From Elsinoe ampelina (Eukaryota): a stretch of DNA of 64,000 nucleotides. The stretch lies in NCBI GenBank assembly GCA_010093995.1, contig ML992501.1, positions 62,001-126,000 of the forward strand, given 5' to 3'. Under the pieces are notes generated by a model. The model was not told the origin of the DNA, ran no database searches, and saw only the letters and a program-made list of their open reading frames with translations. Shown one piece after another: positions 1 to 12,859 of the stretch. The first letter of the stretch is position 1; every line of letters begins with the position of its first letter. A program made the position numbers and the translations under genes.

Positions 1-160
1 ACGATGTCAACAATTTTTCTGGAAAGTCAGTCGGCTTCGCGACAAACCACCTAAAAGACACCCTTACACGAGCAATTGGATATCTCTCAGCGCTTCTGAC
101 CCTTCATACTCCTTCCTGCCCCCTATCTGCCTTCTCCAATCGTCCTCATCGCCCATCAAT

Positions 161-1962
161 ATGCAGAGAATAGCTCCTGCAGGCAAGCGAATTGCCTCGG
201 GAGCGAAAGCTTCAATCCCCGCTCGCAGCCTGCATGCGGCCTCGCCCAACCTAGGTCAGTAGCCGATCCTTTTCTTCATACATATCACTGTCACACCCGT
301 CTGACTATCCTTCAGCCTCCTCATCTCTCCGTTCCACAACCGCATTCTCAGCCACACGTTTCTCGCGATCAGCTGCAACCATTCCCGCGACCTCCCGATT
401 CTTCTCACAAACAGCAACAATGGCGCAGAACACGAGGACGGAAAGCGATGCGTTCGGAAACATTGATGTCCCGGCCGACAAGTACGACAACCTCACCGCA
501 TACATGGCTTCCTCAGACCAGCACAAGAGGGCGGTCGCGATGGTAGCATCAGCTAACATTGGCCAGGTACTGGGGAGCGCAAACCCAGCGATCTCTCACC
601 AACTTCGAAATCAACCAGCCGACCGACCGTCAGCCACTGCCTGTCATTCGAGCTCTGGGAATCCTGAAAGGCGCTGCGGCCACTGTGAACATGCGATACG
701 GCCTGGACCCCAAGGTCGGCGAAGCGATCCAGCAAGCAGCTTCAGAAGTCGCCTCCCTGAAACTGGCAGAGCACTTTCCTCTGGTTGTCTGGCAGACCGG
801 TTCCGGTACTCAGTCAAACATGAACGCGAACGAGGTCATTTCGAACAGAGCAATTGAGATCTTGGGTGGCACGATGGGCAGCAAGAAGCCGGTACACCCG
901 AACGACCATGTCAACATGTCTGCCTCATCAAACGACACTTTCCCTACGGTCATGCACATCGCCGCCGTTCTCGACTTTGAAGAGTCTCTTCTTCCATCTC
1001 TCCGCAACCTCCGGGGCGCACTTAAGAAGAAGGAAGAGGCATGGCAGCACATCATCAAGATTGGACGCACGCATTTGATGGACGCTACACCCCTGCGGCT
1101 GGCAGACAGCTGCGGAGCTTGGAGACAACAGTTGGATTACGGCATCGAGAGGGTGGAGTCCGCTCTTCCGAGACTACGACTTTTGGCACAAGGAGGTACC
1201 GCTGTCGGATCCGGTCTGAACACATTCAAGGGCTTTGCAGAAGGCATCGCAGAAGAGGTTACCAAGATGACTGGACACCAATTCCACACCGCGCCCAACA
1301 AGTTCGAGGCTCTCGCTGCACACGATGCGATCGTGGAGGCACACGGACAGCTCAATACCCTGGCAACCTCTCTCTACAAGATTGCTCAGGACATTCGCTT
1401 CCTCGGATCTGGTCCTCGTTGCGGTCTGGCCGAGTTGAAGCTTCCGGAGAACGAGCCCGGTTCTTCTATCATGCCTGGAAAGGTCAATCCGACGCAATGC
1501 GAGAGCTTGACCATGATTTGCGCTCAGGTCTTTGGCAACCAGACCGCTGTTACTTTTGCAGGCTCACAAGGCAATTTTGAGCTCAATGTGTTCAAGCCAG
1601 TCATGATCAAGAATTTGCTTCACAGCTCTAGGCTTCTTGCAGATGGCATGAGGAGCTTCCAGAAGAACCTGGTTGACGGAATGGAGGCAGACGAGGAGAG
1701 GATTGCCGCTTTGATGAGGGAGAGGTAAGACCTTACCACTTGACCGTGTTCCTCGGATTTTACTAACGCTTACAGTCTCATGCTCGTCACCTGTCTCAAC
1801 CCCGTCATCGGCTACGACATGGCCTCGAAAGTAGCCAAGAACGCCCACAAGAAGCGCATCACGCTCAAGGAGAGCGCCATGGAACTCAAAGCCCTCAGCG
1901 AGGAGCAATTCGACCAAACCGTGCGACCAGAACTGATGCTCGCCCCAAAAGAGAAGAAATAG
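161..1962 (+). CDS. FUM1: Fumarate hydratase (class II), 4 exons, with mitochondrial presequence
   Basis: Exons 161-254, 316-481, 567-1724, 1776-1962 join in frame (GT..CTGAC/CTAAC..AG introns). Motifs [40 protein letters not shown]. Arg/Ser/Ala-rich, acid-free N-terminus precedes a second in-frame ATG at 420. Confidence 0.96.
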
Positions 1963-2049
1963 AGTTGCAGTAGATACTGTACAGCATAGCTTATGCGAAT
2001 ACCCTTTGTAACCTTTCCTTCCTGATCTCCTGTCTCCTACCACCATCAG

Positions 2050-3637
2050 TCACCCCATCATCCTCCCCATCCGACTCACCCAACTCCCCACCCTCTGCCA
2101 CCCCCCTTTCATCACTCCACCAGCCCACCATCCCCCCATCACCAACGCCGACAACAACATCATCCCCCCCGTGAACCCCACCACGCCCACAAACCCCCCC
2201 TTCCCGGCCCCTCGTTGATCCCCCGACCGTCCCGCCCGCAACAACCCCGCACTAATCGGCCCGGAGAGTACATTCCCCACGCCCTTGCCGGCATTGAACA
2301 GGGCAAACACCATGGGCGTCGTCCCGGGGTTCGCGGTGACGGAACTGGCCATGCGTGCCCATAGGGCTGTAAAGGCGGTCGCGAAGAGGCCGTAGAGGGC
2401 TGCGAAGAGGAAGAGGGGGGGGAGAGAGGAGGGGAGGGCCCAGAGGGGGAGGGAGAGGGAGGAGATGAGGGTTGTGAGGGCTAGGAGGAGGTTGAGGTTA
2501 TTGTTCGTGGGAGGGGGGGAGGAGGAAGAGGGATCGGGGTTTGGGGACGAGGGCGGGGTTGAGTGGGGAGATGGGGGGTGGGAGGGCGAAGGTCGGGAGA
2601 GGAGATCCGAGAGGTATCCGAAGAGGAATTGGCCGATTGTTTGGGCTAGGGACATGGTGGTTAGGAGGAGAGCGGCTATGCGAGGGGAGGAGCCGAGGGT
2701 GGTGGCTGTGGAGGGGAGGTAGAGGGCTGGTAGGAAGTAGGCGAGGCCTTGGAGGATGTTGGAGAGGGAGTAGATGTGGAAGAGAGGGGAGCGGAGGAAG
2801 GACCAGTCTGTTTTCTGAGAGGTGGTGTGGTGGGATGCGGGCAGGCGGGGTTTGAGGAAGGGGATGAGAGGGCCGGTGAGGATTGTCAGGGAGACGGCCA
2901 TGATGCGGAGGGTCGTGCGGTGGCCGTAGCGATTGAGGAGGGTCTCAGTGAGGAGAGGTAGAACTGTCCCAGAGAGGCCAGTGGCGGAGCAGAGGAGACC
3001 GTAGGCCATGCCGCGGCGTTGGATCCAGTATTCGTTGACCATGGAGAGGATGGGGTAGTAGAAGATCAGGAAGCCGAGACCGTAAAGAACGCCTTTAGAG
3101 AGGATGAGGTATTCGAGAGTGGAGGCGAATGAGCCGGCGACCAGGCCCAAGATACACAGAGGCCTTGCCGATGCGTCAACCATCATAAATGAAGATAGAT
3201 GGTGCACGTACAACCAATCCATATCATGTGTCGTTGATACTTCTGAAAACGCTTGATAATAGGTATGGTGAGGGGAGCACCCAGGTATGAAAGACCTGTA
3301 GCCACAGTCCCCACTACCGATATGTACCTGTTGTCTCTGAATTCTGGTTGTCTCGAGTAGTACTCCTGAAAGACACCGAATGAAAGTGGAAAGCCTAGCA
3401 CGATTAGAAGCTGTCTTGTTGCTGCATCCCGGACCTCGAACCCCAGAGCAGTGCTTCAAACACGAAAGCAGTGACAAGAAGTTTCCAAGCAGCTCTTCCG
3501 CCGTCTACAGGAGCAAGATGCTGCTCATTGAATTGAGGCTCGTCTGCCGTTGTGGTATCTTGATAGCTTATGGCCGGCGTTCGATCAGCCACAACATCAC
3601 TCGTCAGCTCAATGTCTCGCGATACAGAGTGACTCAT
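2050..3637 (-). CDS. MFS monocarboxylate-transporter-like protein (MCH/MCT family), about 3 exons
   Basis: Consecutive minus-strand ORF pieces LAPVDGGRAAW..FVFEALLWG / FPLSFGVFQEYY / ...EYWIQRRGMAYG..., with many hydrophobic helices. Intron boundaries approximate. Confidence 0.85.
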
Positions 3638-4034
3638 GATCTTTAACAGATGTGCGGGATGAGACTTCGATTGGTAAAAATACTACCATAAACTCGAGAA
3701 TGGAAACGATATTGTGCTCCCATATCATCGTACCGAGGACACGAGCAAGAAACCATGATGACCGCCCAAACTTGACCTCGGTCAAACGGTTGCACATGGA
3801 TCAAACACAGCAGAAGGACAGGTCCCTGAGAAAGTTCTGGCTCCTGACCATGTTTGGCGATATGCTTAGAAATGACATCGAATCATTGTTGGTATCATCG
3901 GTGGTTGGACGTGACGGACCATTGCGAAATTTTTGACATGGTCTGATGTTTTTGCTTGAAGCTCGAGAAGACGCCACCAATTTTCCTCCGCGCCGACGTC
4001 TTCTCAACTCTCTGTCGATGCGAATCAATTTGAC

Positions 4035-5049
4035 ATGTCCATCAACGGTCTCACCGATAATGACATCGTGTCGTGGGCCACGACACATTCTATGCAAGTC
4101 ATCTTGACGTGCCTGTTGCTGGCTGTTGGCATCTGGCGACTTTGCCAGCGAGGAGAAGATGAAGCACCTGTCAACTATCACGTGCCCGCACCAAAGGAAT
4201 GCCATTCCGGGTGGACAGGGGAGACCTTGCAGCAGCCATCGATAAAGGTATGTTCGTACTGATGCGCGGTCTGCAAGACAATGCACTCATTTCCACGTCA
4301 GGTATCAGGCTCTTCTGCAGTACAATGCTACTGTCCAGCAACTGGTCAATCTCTCGGTCTCGTGAACCCCTCGACTCCAGATGGCATCGATCGAGCGATC
4401 AAGCGTGCGCAAGATCAGCCCGTCATCTTTCGACCGTCTTGAAACTTTGATCAGCGAAGCTGTTTCCCAAGGTGCACGACTACTCGCTGGCGGTAAGAGA
4501 TACCACCACCCCAAGTATCCTCAAGGTCACTACTTCCAACCAACCTTGCTGGTGGATGTCGAACCCAGCATGAGAATTGCACAAGATGAAGTCTTTGCCC
4601 CCATCGCCCTACTCATGCGAGCAGATAGCCCTGAAGATGCCATACGCAAAGCGAACAGCACCCCCTACGGGCTCGGAAGTTCCGTTTTCGCCTCGACCTC
4701 TACTGCCGCCGACAGAGCAATTATCGAAAAGTGTGTGTCTCAAATCAAGTCCGGCATGGTAGCTGTCAATGACTTTGCCTGCTACTACGCCGTTCAACTT
4801 CCTTTTGGAGGGGTCAAGGGCTCGGGATATGGCAAATTTGCTGGCGAGGAAGGATTACGGGGGTTGTGCAACATCAAAAGTGTTTGTGAGGACAGATTTT
4901 CCAGTATTGCTCGAACGGCTATCCCTGGTGATCTGGACTATCCAATGAACCGGAAGAGAGGGCCTGAGGCGGGTAAAGGTGTTGTCGAGCTGGGATATGG
5001 AGAGCTGTGGAGGAAGGCGACGGGGTTGAGAAGGATTTTAGGTATCTGA
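4035..5049 (+). pseudogene. MSC7-like aldehyde dehydrogenase lacking its central part (deletion or misassembly)
   Basis: N-terminal TM segment, intron ~4248-4301, then VQCYCPATGQSLGLVNPSTPDGIDRAIKRAQ. At ~4413 it joins out of frame to the C-terminal ISPSSFDRLE...EVFAP...PFGGVKGSGYGKFAGEEGLRGLC. NAD-binding and catalytic regions are absent. Confidence 0.7.
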
Positions 5050-5100
5050 TAATTGATCACACCGTCGAGGTGTGTTCTGCTGATCCCCCACCTTCTCGTT

Positions 5101-5150
5101 NNNNNNNNNNNNNNNNNNNNNNNNNNNNNNNNNNNNNNNNNNNNNNNNNN
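5101..5150. other. Assembly gap (50 N)
   Basis: Run of n characters. Confidence 1.
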
Positions 5151-5343
5151 AGGAATGGTTCCGCACCTCGGCTCTGGAGGGGATCGACATTGAAGTCGAC
5201 GGCTTCTGGTGCCGGCAGGGACCTTGTCCATGGGTTGTTTAACTGCCACAGCTTCGTGCATCCTTTGCAAATATCCTTCTCGGAGTGACGGATCATTCTC
5301 CAAACAGCAGTCAACTGGTATCGGCCAACTCCCTCAACCCACA

Positions 5344-6672
5344 ATGAATGCTTTCCAGGGCACCACCGTGCCGGAACGCAACGGCGACTCCAAGCAGCAT
5401 GAAGTCAAGAAATGGGGTGCCTATCAGAACGAGATATACGCAAAGGGCATGTTCCACGGCGTACTACCCACCGTAACCACCGACCCCAACAAACTCGAAG
5501 CCCAAGCCAAGGAGAAAATGGGCAAGACCAGCTACAACTACGTAGCCGGTGGCGCCGGCGAGCGAGCAACCATGGACGCCAACCGTCTCGCCTTCAGATC
5601 ATGGAAAGTAAGCAGCCACCTCCCTTCTCGCCCAACGAACATCCCCTGACACGGTCTCACCCAGCTCATCCCCCGCATGCTCCAACCCTCTTCCGCGCGA
5701 GACCTCACCACCACCATCCTCGGCACCACCTACGCCACGCCCCTCGCCCTCTCCCCCATCGGCGTGCAATCCATCTTCCACCCCTGCGCCGAGACGGGCA
5801 TCGCCAAGATCGCCTCCCAGCTCTCCCTCCCCTACACCCTCTCCACCGCCTCGTCGCGCACCATCGAGGAAGTAGCCTCCGCTTCGGGCGAGGGGTCCCC
5901 GCGTTGGTTCCAGCTGTACTGGCCGCAGACGGACGAGATTACCCTGTCGCTCCTCGGCCGCGCGAGGAAGGCGGGGTACACGGTGCTGATCGCCACGCTG
6001 GACACGTGGTCCCTCGCCTGGCGGCCGTGGGATCTGGACGAGGCGTATGTCCCTTTCATGACGGGGACGGGAAACCAGATTGGGTTCAGCGATCCGGTGT
6101 TTAGGCGGATGTTCAAGGAGCAGACGGGTAAGGAGGTGGAGGAGGATGTGGTCGCGGCGAGTATTGCGTGGCAGAAGGATGTGTTTAGTGGTAAGACGCA
6201 TACGTGGGAGCAGGTGAGGTTGTTGGTGGAGAATTGGGATGGGCCGGTGGTGCTCAAGGGGGTTCAGCATCCGGATGATGCGAAAAAGGCGGTGGAGATG
6301 GGGGTCAAAGGGATTATTGTGAGTAATCATGGGGGGAGGCAGTTGGATGGGGCGGTGGGGAGTTTGGAGATGTTGAGTGAGTGTGTGGATGCTGTAGATG
6401 GGAAGGTCGAGGTTTTGTTTGATAGTGGGATTAGGACGGGGGTGGATATCATCAAGGCGTTGTGCTTGGGGGCGAAAGCGGTGCTGGTAGGCAGGCCGTG
6501 GGTGTATGGGATGGGCATTGCTGGTGCGGAGGGGGCCAGGCAGGTATTGCAGGGTATACTGGCTGATTTAGATCAGAGCATGGGTTTGGCCGGTATGGCG
6601 AGCATCAAGGATATGCACAGAGGATGGCTGCGGAAGAGCGAGTATCCTGGGGATCGACATTCATGTAATTAG
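5344..6672 (+). CDS. FMN-dependent alpha-hydroxy acid dehydrogenase / lactate 2-monooxygenase-like
   Basis: ATG 5344, intron 5608-5664. Motifs YNYVAGGAGE, WFQLYWP, VSNHGGRQLDG, LFDSGIRTGVD, VGRPWVYG. Confidence 0.92.
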
Positions 6673-7079
6673 GATTACATCAAGATCGTCGAATCGCCGA
6701 CCTATGTCTGTGACACGCCTGACAACCCGTGATCAGAAGTTCCTGCTTAGAATATTGCCATCGTTTTGTTACGCATCAAACAAGATCGCTAGGTTGATTG
6801 ACTCTCCAGCGATAGTGAAGCTCTGGATAACAAGTAGAATGATGGTAGCCGTATCCATCTCGGACATCGATGCTTTGCGCGAATGCGGCTTTCGGTCAGG
6901 TGGAATAAGAACAGATTGTAGTCATGGCAAGAGAATGATTAAGGCAAAATCGAAAGCCTGGAAAGAGAAAACTTACTATTATGCAGCATTGCTTCAATCC
7001 CAGCACAAATGAAGGCTGGTGTTTGTCACAGCTTCCTCCCAAAGCAAGCACACACAGAGATAGCATTCAAAGTGGAACC

Positions 7080-9983
7080 TCAAACGATCTCCCACCTCGC
7101 CAACCTCCCCACCACCTCCCCCGAATTCCTCACCACACAAACCCCCCTCCACGACTCCTTCTCCTTACCCGTCCCCTCCCACCCCTCCACCATCGTCCTC
7201 CCCTCCCTCAACCTTTCCAACCCAACACTCCCCACCGCTGTCCCCTTGCCCTCCCTGAGATTGAAGCCACCACTTGTCACGAACCCGATCAAATCCTCCC
7301 CTCTCGGCACAGGAGGATGGTCCTTCCCGTCTTCGCCCTCGTCGAGGCCAAGGAGTTGGCGAGCCAGGCTTTTGATATCTGCTTGCTCTGACCCTCCAGC
7401 TTCAGGTCGTGGAAGAAGACGATTTGGAGGCGGCATGAAGGCTTTCTTCTTCTTGCTTGTCAAATCGGCGAGGAGTTTCAGCCACTCCATTCGCAGCTTT
7501 GGATCTGAGGGGAGGCGGTAGATGCGTGCTGCTGGTTTCGGGGTGCCGCGGCCGAGGTAGCTGATTCGGACAGTGGTCAGGGCGGTGGAGACATTTGCTT
7601 CTGCGCTTTCTACGGCCTTGGCGAATGTCCCTTGAGAGGTGTTGATGGCTGGAACTGCTTGCTCGGTTTCATCTGTCGCAGGCTTCGGTTTGAGAAGCGC
7701 TCGAGCGAGTACTGGGGAGCAATGCCATGGTTTTGCCGCTTTCTTGGTGTCGCTTCCTTCTGGTTGTTTGCCCTTGTCTATAGCTTCGGCAGTGTTTTCA
7801 GACTGTTTGCCGTTATCGTCTCCTGCTTCAATCTGCTCGCTGGGATTACTGTCGTCGACCTTCTTGTCAACCCCATTGAGTACGTATCCCCAATCACAGC
7901 TCCATCCCTTGCCCTTCTCCCCTACCTCCCCATTACCCAGCTCCAGTCCCTCGTACTCCACCCTCCTGCCCCTCGGTCTTCCCTCCCACGTTTTCTTCCT
8001 CTCTGCTTCCTCCCTCTCCTCCCACACGTCCCCAGCCTCAGTTCCGGGGTAGTCCCCAGGAAACCACGCCTCACACCTTTCGAACGCTAGCTGCCTTTGT
8101 TCCCTCAACCCGCCAAAGCGTACTTGACCGCCAGTCGAGACCGGGTAGTACATTATGCTCTGCCAGACTGCTGGGATTGCCTTCCAGGGGAGCAGGACGG
8201 TCCAGGAAGCTGTTTTCTGGGACGCAGACGCGGAAGCTGTAGACGTGTATAGTAGTACTGGAATGGAGGGATCGTTAGACTGGGGTTCCGGGTAGCTGCC
8301 AGGTTTGGAAAGGGCGTTGCGGCTGTTGATAGCCTTCTGGGACTGCATGGTTGCTATAGCAGCCCGGCGGGTGCGGGAGTCGAAGATCGGTTGTGGTGAA
8401 GGAGACATCTTGTTGTCAAAGTTGCAGGTCGTCTGAAGGAGGGCAGCTTGGGTCGTAGAAGAGGCTACTGTTTGTGGTGGATGGTGTAGTCGGGGATCCG
8501 AGATCTTGAGAGAGAGCATTGAGTTGGCTGGTAATGAGGCAGGATTGTCAAGGCCCCGAAGATCCTGCCAGAGGGTGCAAGCTGGATCGACAGCACTATC
8601 AAAAGGCCCCGATATAGGCCAGAGAGCTGCTTGAAGTGCTTCGGTCGATGCAGGTCCTGTAATTTCAATGCTTCCAATGTCAAATCGAAGATCTTCAGCT
8701 TTGACTTCTGGTTTCTGCACTCTTCGTAGTCGTATCACTTCCTCCCACAGCTCGTGGAAAGCAGAAGGATGGACTCGAAGTAACAGCTTTCGCTTGGGAC
8801 GTTTCGGCGAATCTTCATGGACTTCCTCTTGTATCTTGCGCTCTTCTTCACTCATAGTCCTCCACAAGACCGTAATCGGTGCTATGGGCTTCTGCAAACT
8901 CGAATCTCGAGCATACACCCAACCCTGCCACGATCTCCGCCCATCTCTCCACAACTGGCTCTTCTTCCCGACCAGCTGCGAATCATCCACGCCCAAGCCC
9001 TTCAGCAAGCCCAGCAGACTACCCTCCGTCCCCTCCAACGCCACCGTACTCACATAGCTCACATCCCACGCCACCGCTCCCCTCTCCGACACCGCCCTAT
9101 GCGTCGGCCGATAAGCCTTCGCGGTCGGCGTCATAGGCAACGCAAACCTCCACACCGGCTGCAGCGGCGAACTCATGTGCGCTCTTTTCGCATGATACAA
9201 ATGCGTCGGCAACCAAGTCTTGTTGACCTGCCTCTTGCGAAACCTGCTCTTGACCGGGCCGTGCTCCCGCAATGCATCCTTCCTCGTCCTCGCGTCCCTC
9301 GTCTTCGTCCCGCCCTTCTCCTGCTTCTCCCTCTCCTGCCTCTCCCTCCTCCCCCGCCCAAGGTTCTGCAACCTCCTCACCGTCTCCCCCCTCACCCACG
9401 CCTCTCGCGACTTCTTCTTCCTCCTGTCCCTGCCAGTGGGCGTGTTGTCCTCTCTCACCTCCCTCTTGGCCTTCTCCCTTCTCGCTTTACCCTTCGGCAA
9501 GCGACGTACGTCCCACGCTCCCGCTCGCCGCCGCATTTCTTTGGGGACAGACTGGAATGCCCGCTCCATGCGCGCTTTCTTGCTCCGCGCTAGTCCTTCT
9601 TGGAGGGCGCGGATCTCGAATTCGCGGGCTTTGACGAAGCGAGCGACGTCGAGGGCGCCATTGGAGAAGGCAGAGGATGTGGTCTGAGTGGCGAGACTGC
9701 GGGCGTCGCGGCGGGATTGGGTGCGGCGTTGGCGGGAGGAGGAAGCGGACTGGGAGGAGGCTTTGGGGCCGGAGGGCTTGGAGCCTGTGAGTTTCGTGCC
9801 AGATCCTGAGCCTGGCTTTGAAGTCGAGCCTGGACGAGAGCTGGCGCCATTCTGCTTGCCTTTGGAGGTGGCATCTGGGCCAGACTTGTGTCGTTTCGAG
9901 CTGAGATCCGAGGAGCTGGAGTCACTTTTGCGCTTTTGGCCAGCTTGTTGAGGCGGATTGGGAGGCTTCCCCTGTCCGGCCAT
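7080..9983 (-). CDS. POP1: RNase P/MRP protein subunit Pop1
   Basis: Intronless ORF, likely start MAGQGKPP at 9983. Motifs FVKAREFEIRAL, RAFQSVPKEMRRR, KTWLPTHLYHAKRAHM, WFPGDYPGTEAG, LIGFVTSGGFNLREGKG. Confidence 0.93.
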   Translation of the reverse strand: MAGQGKPPNPPQQAGQKRKSDSSSSDLSSKRHKSGPDATSKGKQNGASSRPGSTSKPGSGSGTKLTGSKPSGPKASSQSASSSRQRRTQSRRDARSLATQTTSSAFSNGALDVARFVKAREFEIRALQEGLARSKKARMERAFQSVPKEMRRRAGAWDVRRLPKGKARREKAKREVREDNTPTGRDRRKKKSREAWVRGETVRRLQNLGRGRRERQEREKQEKGGTKTRDARTRKDALREHGPVKSRFRKRQVNKTWLPTHLYHAKRAHMSSPLQPVWRFALPMTPTAKAYRPTHRAVSERGAVAWDVSYVSTVALEGTEGSLLGLLKGLGVDDSQLVGKKSQLWRDGRRSWQGWVYARDSSLQKPIAPITVLWRTMSEEERKIQEEVHEDSPKRPKRKLLLRVHPSAFHELWEEVIRLRRVQKPEVKAEDLRFDIGSIEITGPASTEALQAALWPISGPFDSAVDPACTLWQDLRGLDNPASLPANSMLSLKISDPRLHHPPQTVASSTTQAALLQTTCNFDNKMSPSPQPIFDSRTRRAAIATMQSQKAINSRNALSKPGSYPEPQSNDPSIPVLLYTSTASASASQKTASWTVLLPWKAIPAVWQSIMYYPVSTGGQVRFGGLREQRQLAFERCEAWFPGDYPGTEAGDVWEEREEAERKKTWEGRPRGRRVEYEGLELGNGEVGEKGKGWSCDWGYVLNGVDKKVDDSNPSEQIEAGDDNGKQSENTAEAIDKGKQPEGSDTKKAAKPWHCSPVLARALLKPKPATDETEQAVPAINTSQGTFAKAVESAEANVSTALTTVRISYLGRGTPKPAARIYRLPSDPKLRMEWLKLLADLTSKKKKAFMPPPNRLLPRPEAGGSEQADIKSLARQLLGLDEGEDGKDHPPVPRGEDLIGFVTSGGFNLREGKGTAVGSVGLERLREGRTMVEGWEGTGKEKESWRGVCVVRNSGEVVGRLARWEIV

Positions 9984-10144
9984 CTTTCCAGTGAGTCTCA
10001 AGAGCAAATCTATTATCAGATATGCATTGTCGCTGGTCAATGTTGTGAGCTCAGGGCGCAAAGAAATTTTGAGGAAGTCGAAGCTGGAGCTTCCGTGGGG
10101 AGAACGCGACTTCACGCGCTCAATTTGAACGGATCATCTACATA

Positions 10145-12859
10145 ACGTGCGCCATGGGGGTTTGCAGCTCCCCCCCCTTTGCAGGCCCACGGCGGCAAGC
10201 TCGCTAATTTAACTCGATATAGAGACGGGCCGCGTCATGCCGAGAAGCGACGCCTATCGGCGCACAAGCCGCAGCTCCGGTATTTGGCTTAAATAGGCAA
10301 TCGAGAAATCCCTAAGTTTTGCTCGACAGCTTTAGTATTAACTACCTAATTACTATAATATACCCTCTTCTAGAACTACTACTATATACTATAAAGAGGC
10401 AATTCAAGCTATAATTGCTAAATATCATGCCTCTAAACACTCTCTAAGCTTTAAAGAGCTTGCCTGTTGCTATCTAGGAGTAGTTATAATAACTCTATTA
10501 CGCTGTATTTAGAGCCTCTATACTATATAGTTAAGCATAGCTATACTATAATAACAACTTACCCCTACGTAAGAGAAGGCCTTAGTTAGATATATTAAGT
10601 ATCTTATTAATAGTAGATACTCTCCTACTTATGCTATAATTAGCAAACTTGCTAATTAAATTATCTAGTATAACTAGATAAATAACCCCTCTCTCTCTTA
10701 CTAGTCTTAGCCTTAGTCTATTAGTAAAAACTAGCCTTATAAGTTCCTTAAATATTATTTAGAACTATCTCTTAAGTATACTTAAGCCCTCGATAGTAAA
10801 AGAGTAAATAAGAACTAAGATCTAGCTTCTATTAAGTTATAGTTTAGCACCTTAGAAGCGACAATTAACTAGTATAATATTAATAGTCGAAACATATATA
10901 ACATAGATAAGACTAGATATATAATAGGCTAAACTAGCCTAGCTTAGTCAGTTGTTAAGAGAGACTTAAAGGCACTAATACGCCACTAACTAGGGGATAG
11001 GACATAGGCTATAACTATTAAGACTCTAAGTGCTAGTAGCTATTAAATACTCCCCTATATCATCCTTAAAGGTAGTAATATTAATGTTAATTAGGGCTAC
11101 TAGCTTACTTAACTATTACTATAAGATAGTATATAAAATAGTAAGATAGTAGTATTATAAAATAGCTAGTTAGATAAGAATTATACTATTAAGTAGTTAT
11201 ATCTTTTTTATAAGTATATAAGACCTTACTATCTAAATTTAATAGAGGAGGTAAAAGAGAAGAATCTCTAGCACTATAAAAGGCTACTTATAATAGATAG
11301 CTATAGCACTTATAAGTCGCTCCCCTTTCTATTACTTGCTTGTAAGAAAGGTATTATTCTCCTTATCCTCTCTATATATTTAATATACCTTCTTTAGCCT
11401 CTCGACGTTATAATCTTTATAGCTTTAAAGGCTAATTATCGACGTAAGATCTAAGCTAAAGCACACCGAGTAGTTAATAAGATTATATATACTAATTTTA
11501 TTAAGGCCTATTTAAATATTTATAATATTACCTTTAGCTATAACGCTTAACTTAACGCCTTTAAAGCCGCTAGAATCTAGCCTTATAATCTATACTAAGT
11601 GCTTAATCGACTCGATAGTCTTATAGCTGCCTTATTCTCTTAAGTTCCCTTAGATAGCTCTCCGCTCGATATTACTTCTTTTACTCTTAATATTACACCT
11701 TAAACTTAGTATTATTTTAACTATTAGCTTAGCTATATATACTACCTTACTAACTCCGTAGTAGAAGTAATAGTAGAGAAGCTATAAAAGAGCTATAACA
11801 TTGCTACTAACACTAATATACTTCTTTATAAGAGAGTAGCTAAGTTAAAAGAAGAGGTAAAGACTAAAAAGGCAAGGCTAAAGAATTATATAAAGGCTAA
11901 CGCGTATATACTTAACATAGAAGACTTAATTAAAAAGCATAAACAGTAATAGCTGCTTAAATAGCTTAAGGAGGAGACTTATATTACTTATACTAAGCAT
12001 TAATAGGCTTAAAAGCACTAGTAAAACTATAAGTTACTCTTTAGCTATAAAGACTTATAAACTTAAATAGCACAAACTATATATAAGTAATTAAGGTAGT
12101 AACACCTTAACGCTATATTCCGGTATAACAATTATAAGAAGAGGATTAAGCCTTTAAAGGCCTTATCTAGCTTATAATCTAACTTATAGTCTAACTTATA
12201 ATCTAGTACTTAGCTAAGTAGTTAAAGGCTAGCTAAAAAGAGATAGTAGTATACTTTAATCTCTTTAGTAAACTCTTTACGCTAATCTTTACCTCCTTCT
12301 TCTCTATTACTAATACTACTATAATCTTTTATTATACCTCTCTAGTCTTACTAGTCTCTAATATTCTCCTTCTTATTTCTAGTACTACCTTTTACACCGT
12401 CGCTACTCCCTCTAGCCTTACTAACTCCTCCTCTGTCGATTTTACAATTCTTACCTTAATAGCAAATATAAAGAGCTTAGATACTACTATAGGAGGTAGT
12501 TAGCTAAAGTACTTAGAGCACTTAGAGTACTTAGCCTCTAAGCACTTAGAGCACTTAGCTTCTAGAAGTGCCGGATAGTTAAGAGTTATAAACGCTTCTA
12601 TATAATAGCTAGTGGTAATAGCTTATTACACCTTTTTTTAGCTTTAATTTTTAAGCCTTAAGAGCTAGTCTATACTACCTTTTTTTAGCTTTACGTTTTT
12701 AAGCCTTAAGAAGAAACTGCACTAGGGCTTTTAGCCCGCCAAGATGTGTTTAGACCCGCCAAAAAGACGCCTTTTTACACACGCTAACGGGCGGCGATCC
12801 TACCCTCGATTTAGCAGCGCTGCAAAGGGGGGGGAGCTGCAAACCCCCATGGCGCACGT
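10145..12859 (+). mobile_element. Fot1/pogo-type (Tc1-mariner superfamily) DNA transposon, RIP-inactivated
   Basis: Perfect 40-bp TIRs ACGTGCGCCATGGGGG...TTTGCAG at 10145-10184 and 12820-12859, TA duplication on both sides. TpA-rich interior with degenerate IYNMDETG (~10895), DG-HxxH (~11295) and QPLDV (~11395) motifs. Confidence 0.93.

Noticed and set aside
12507..12566. AG(C/T)ACTTAG tandem repeats
   Set aside because: Internal minisatellite of the Fot1-like element; no unique spacers, not CRISPR-like
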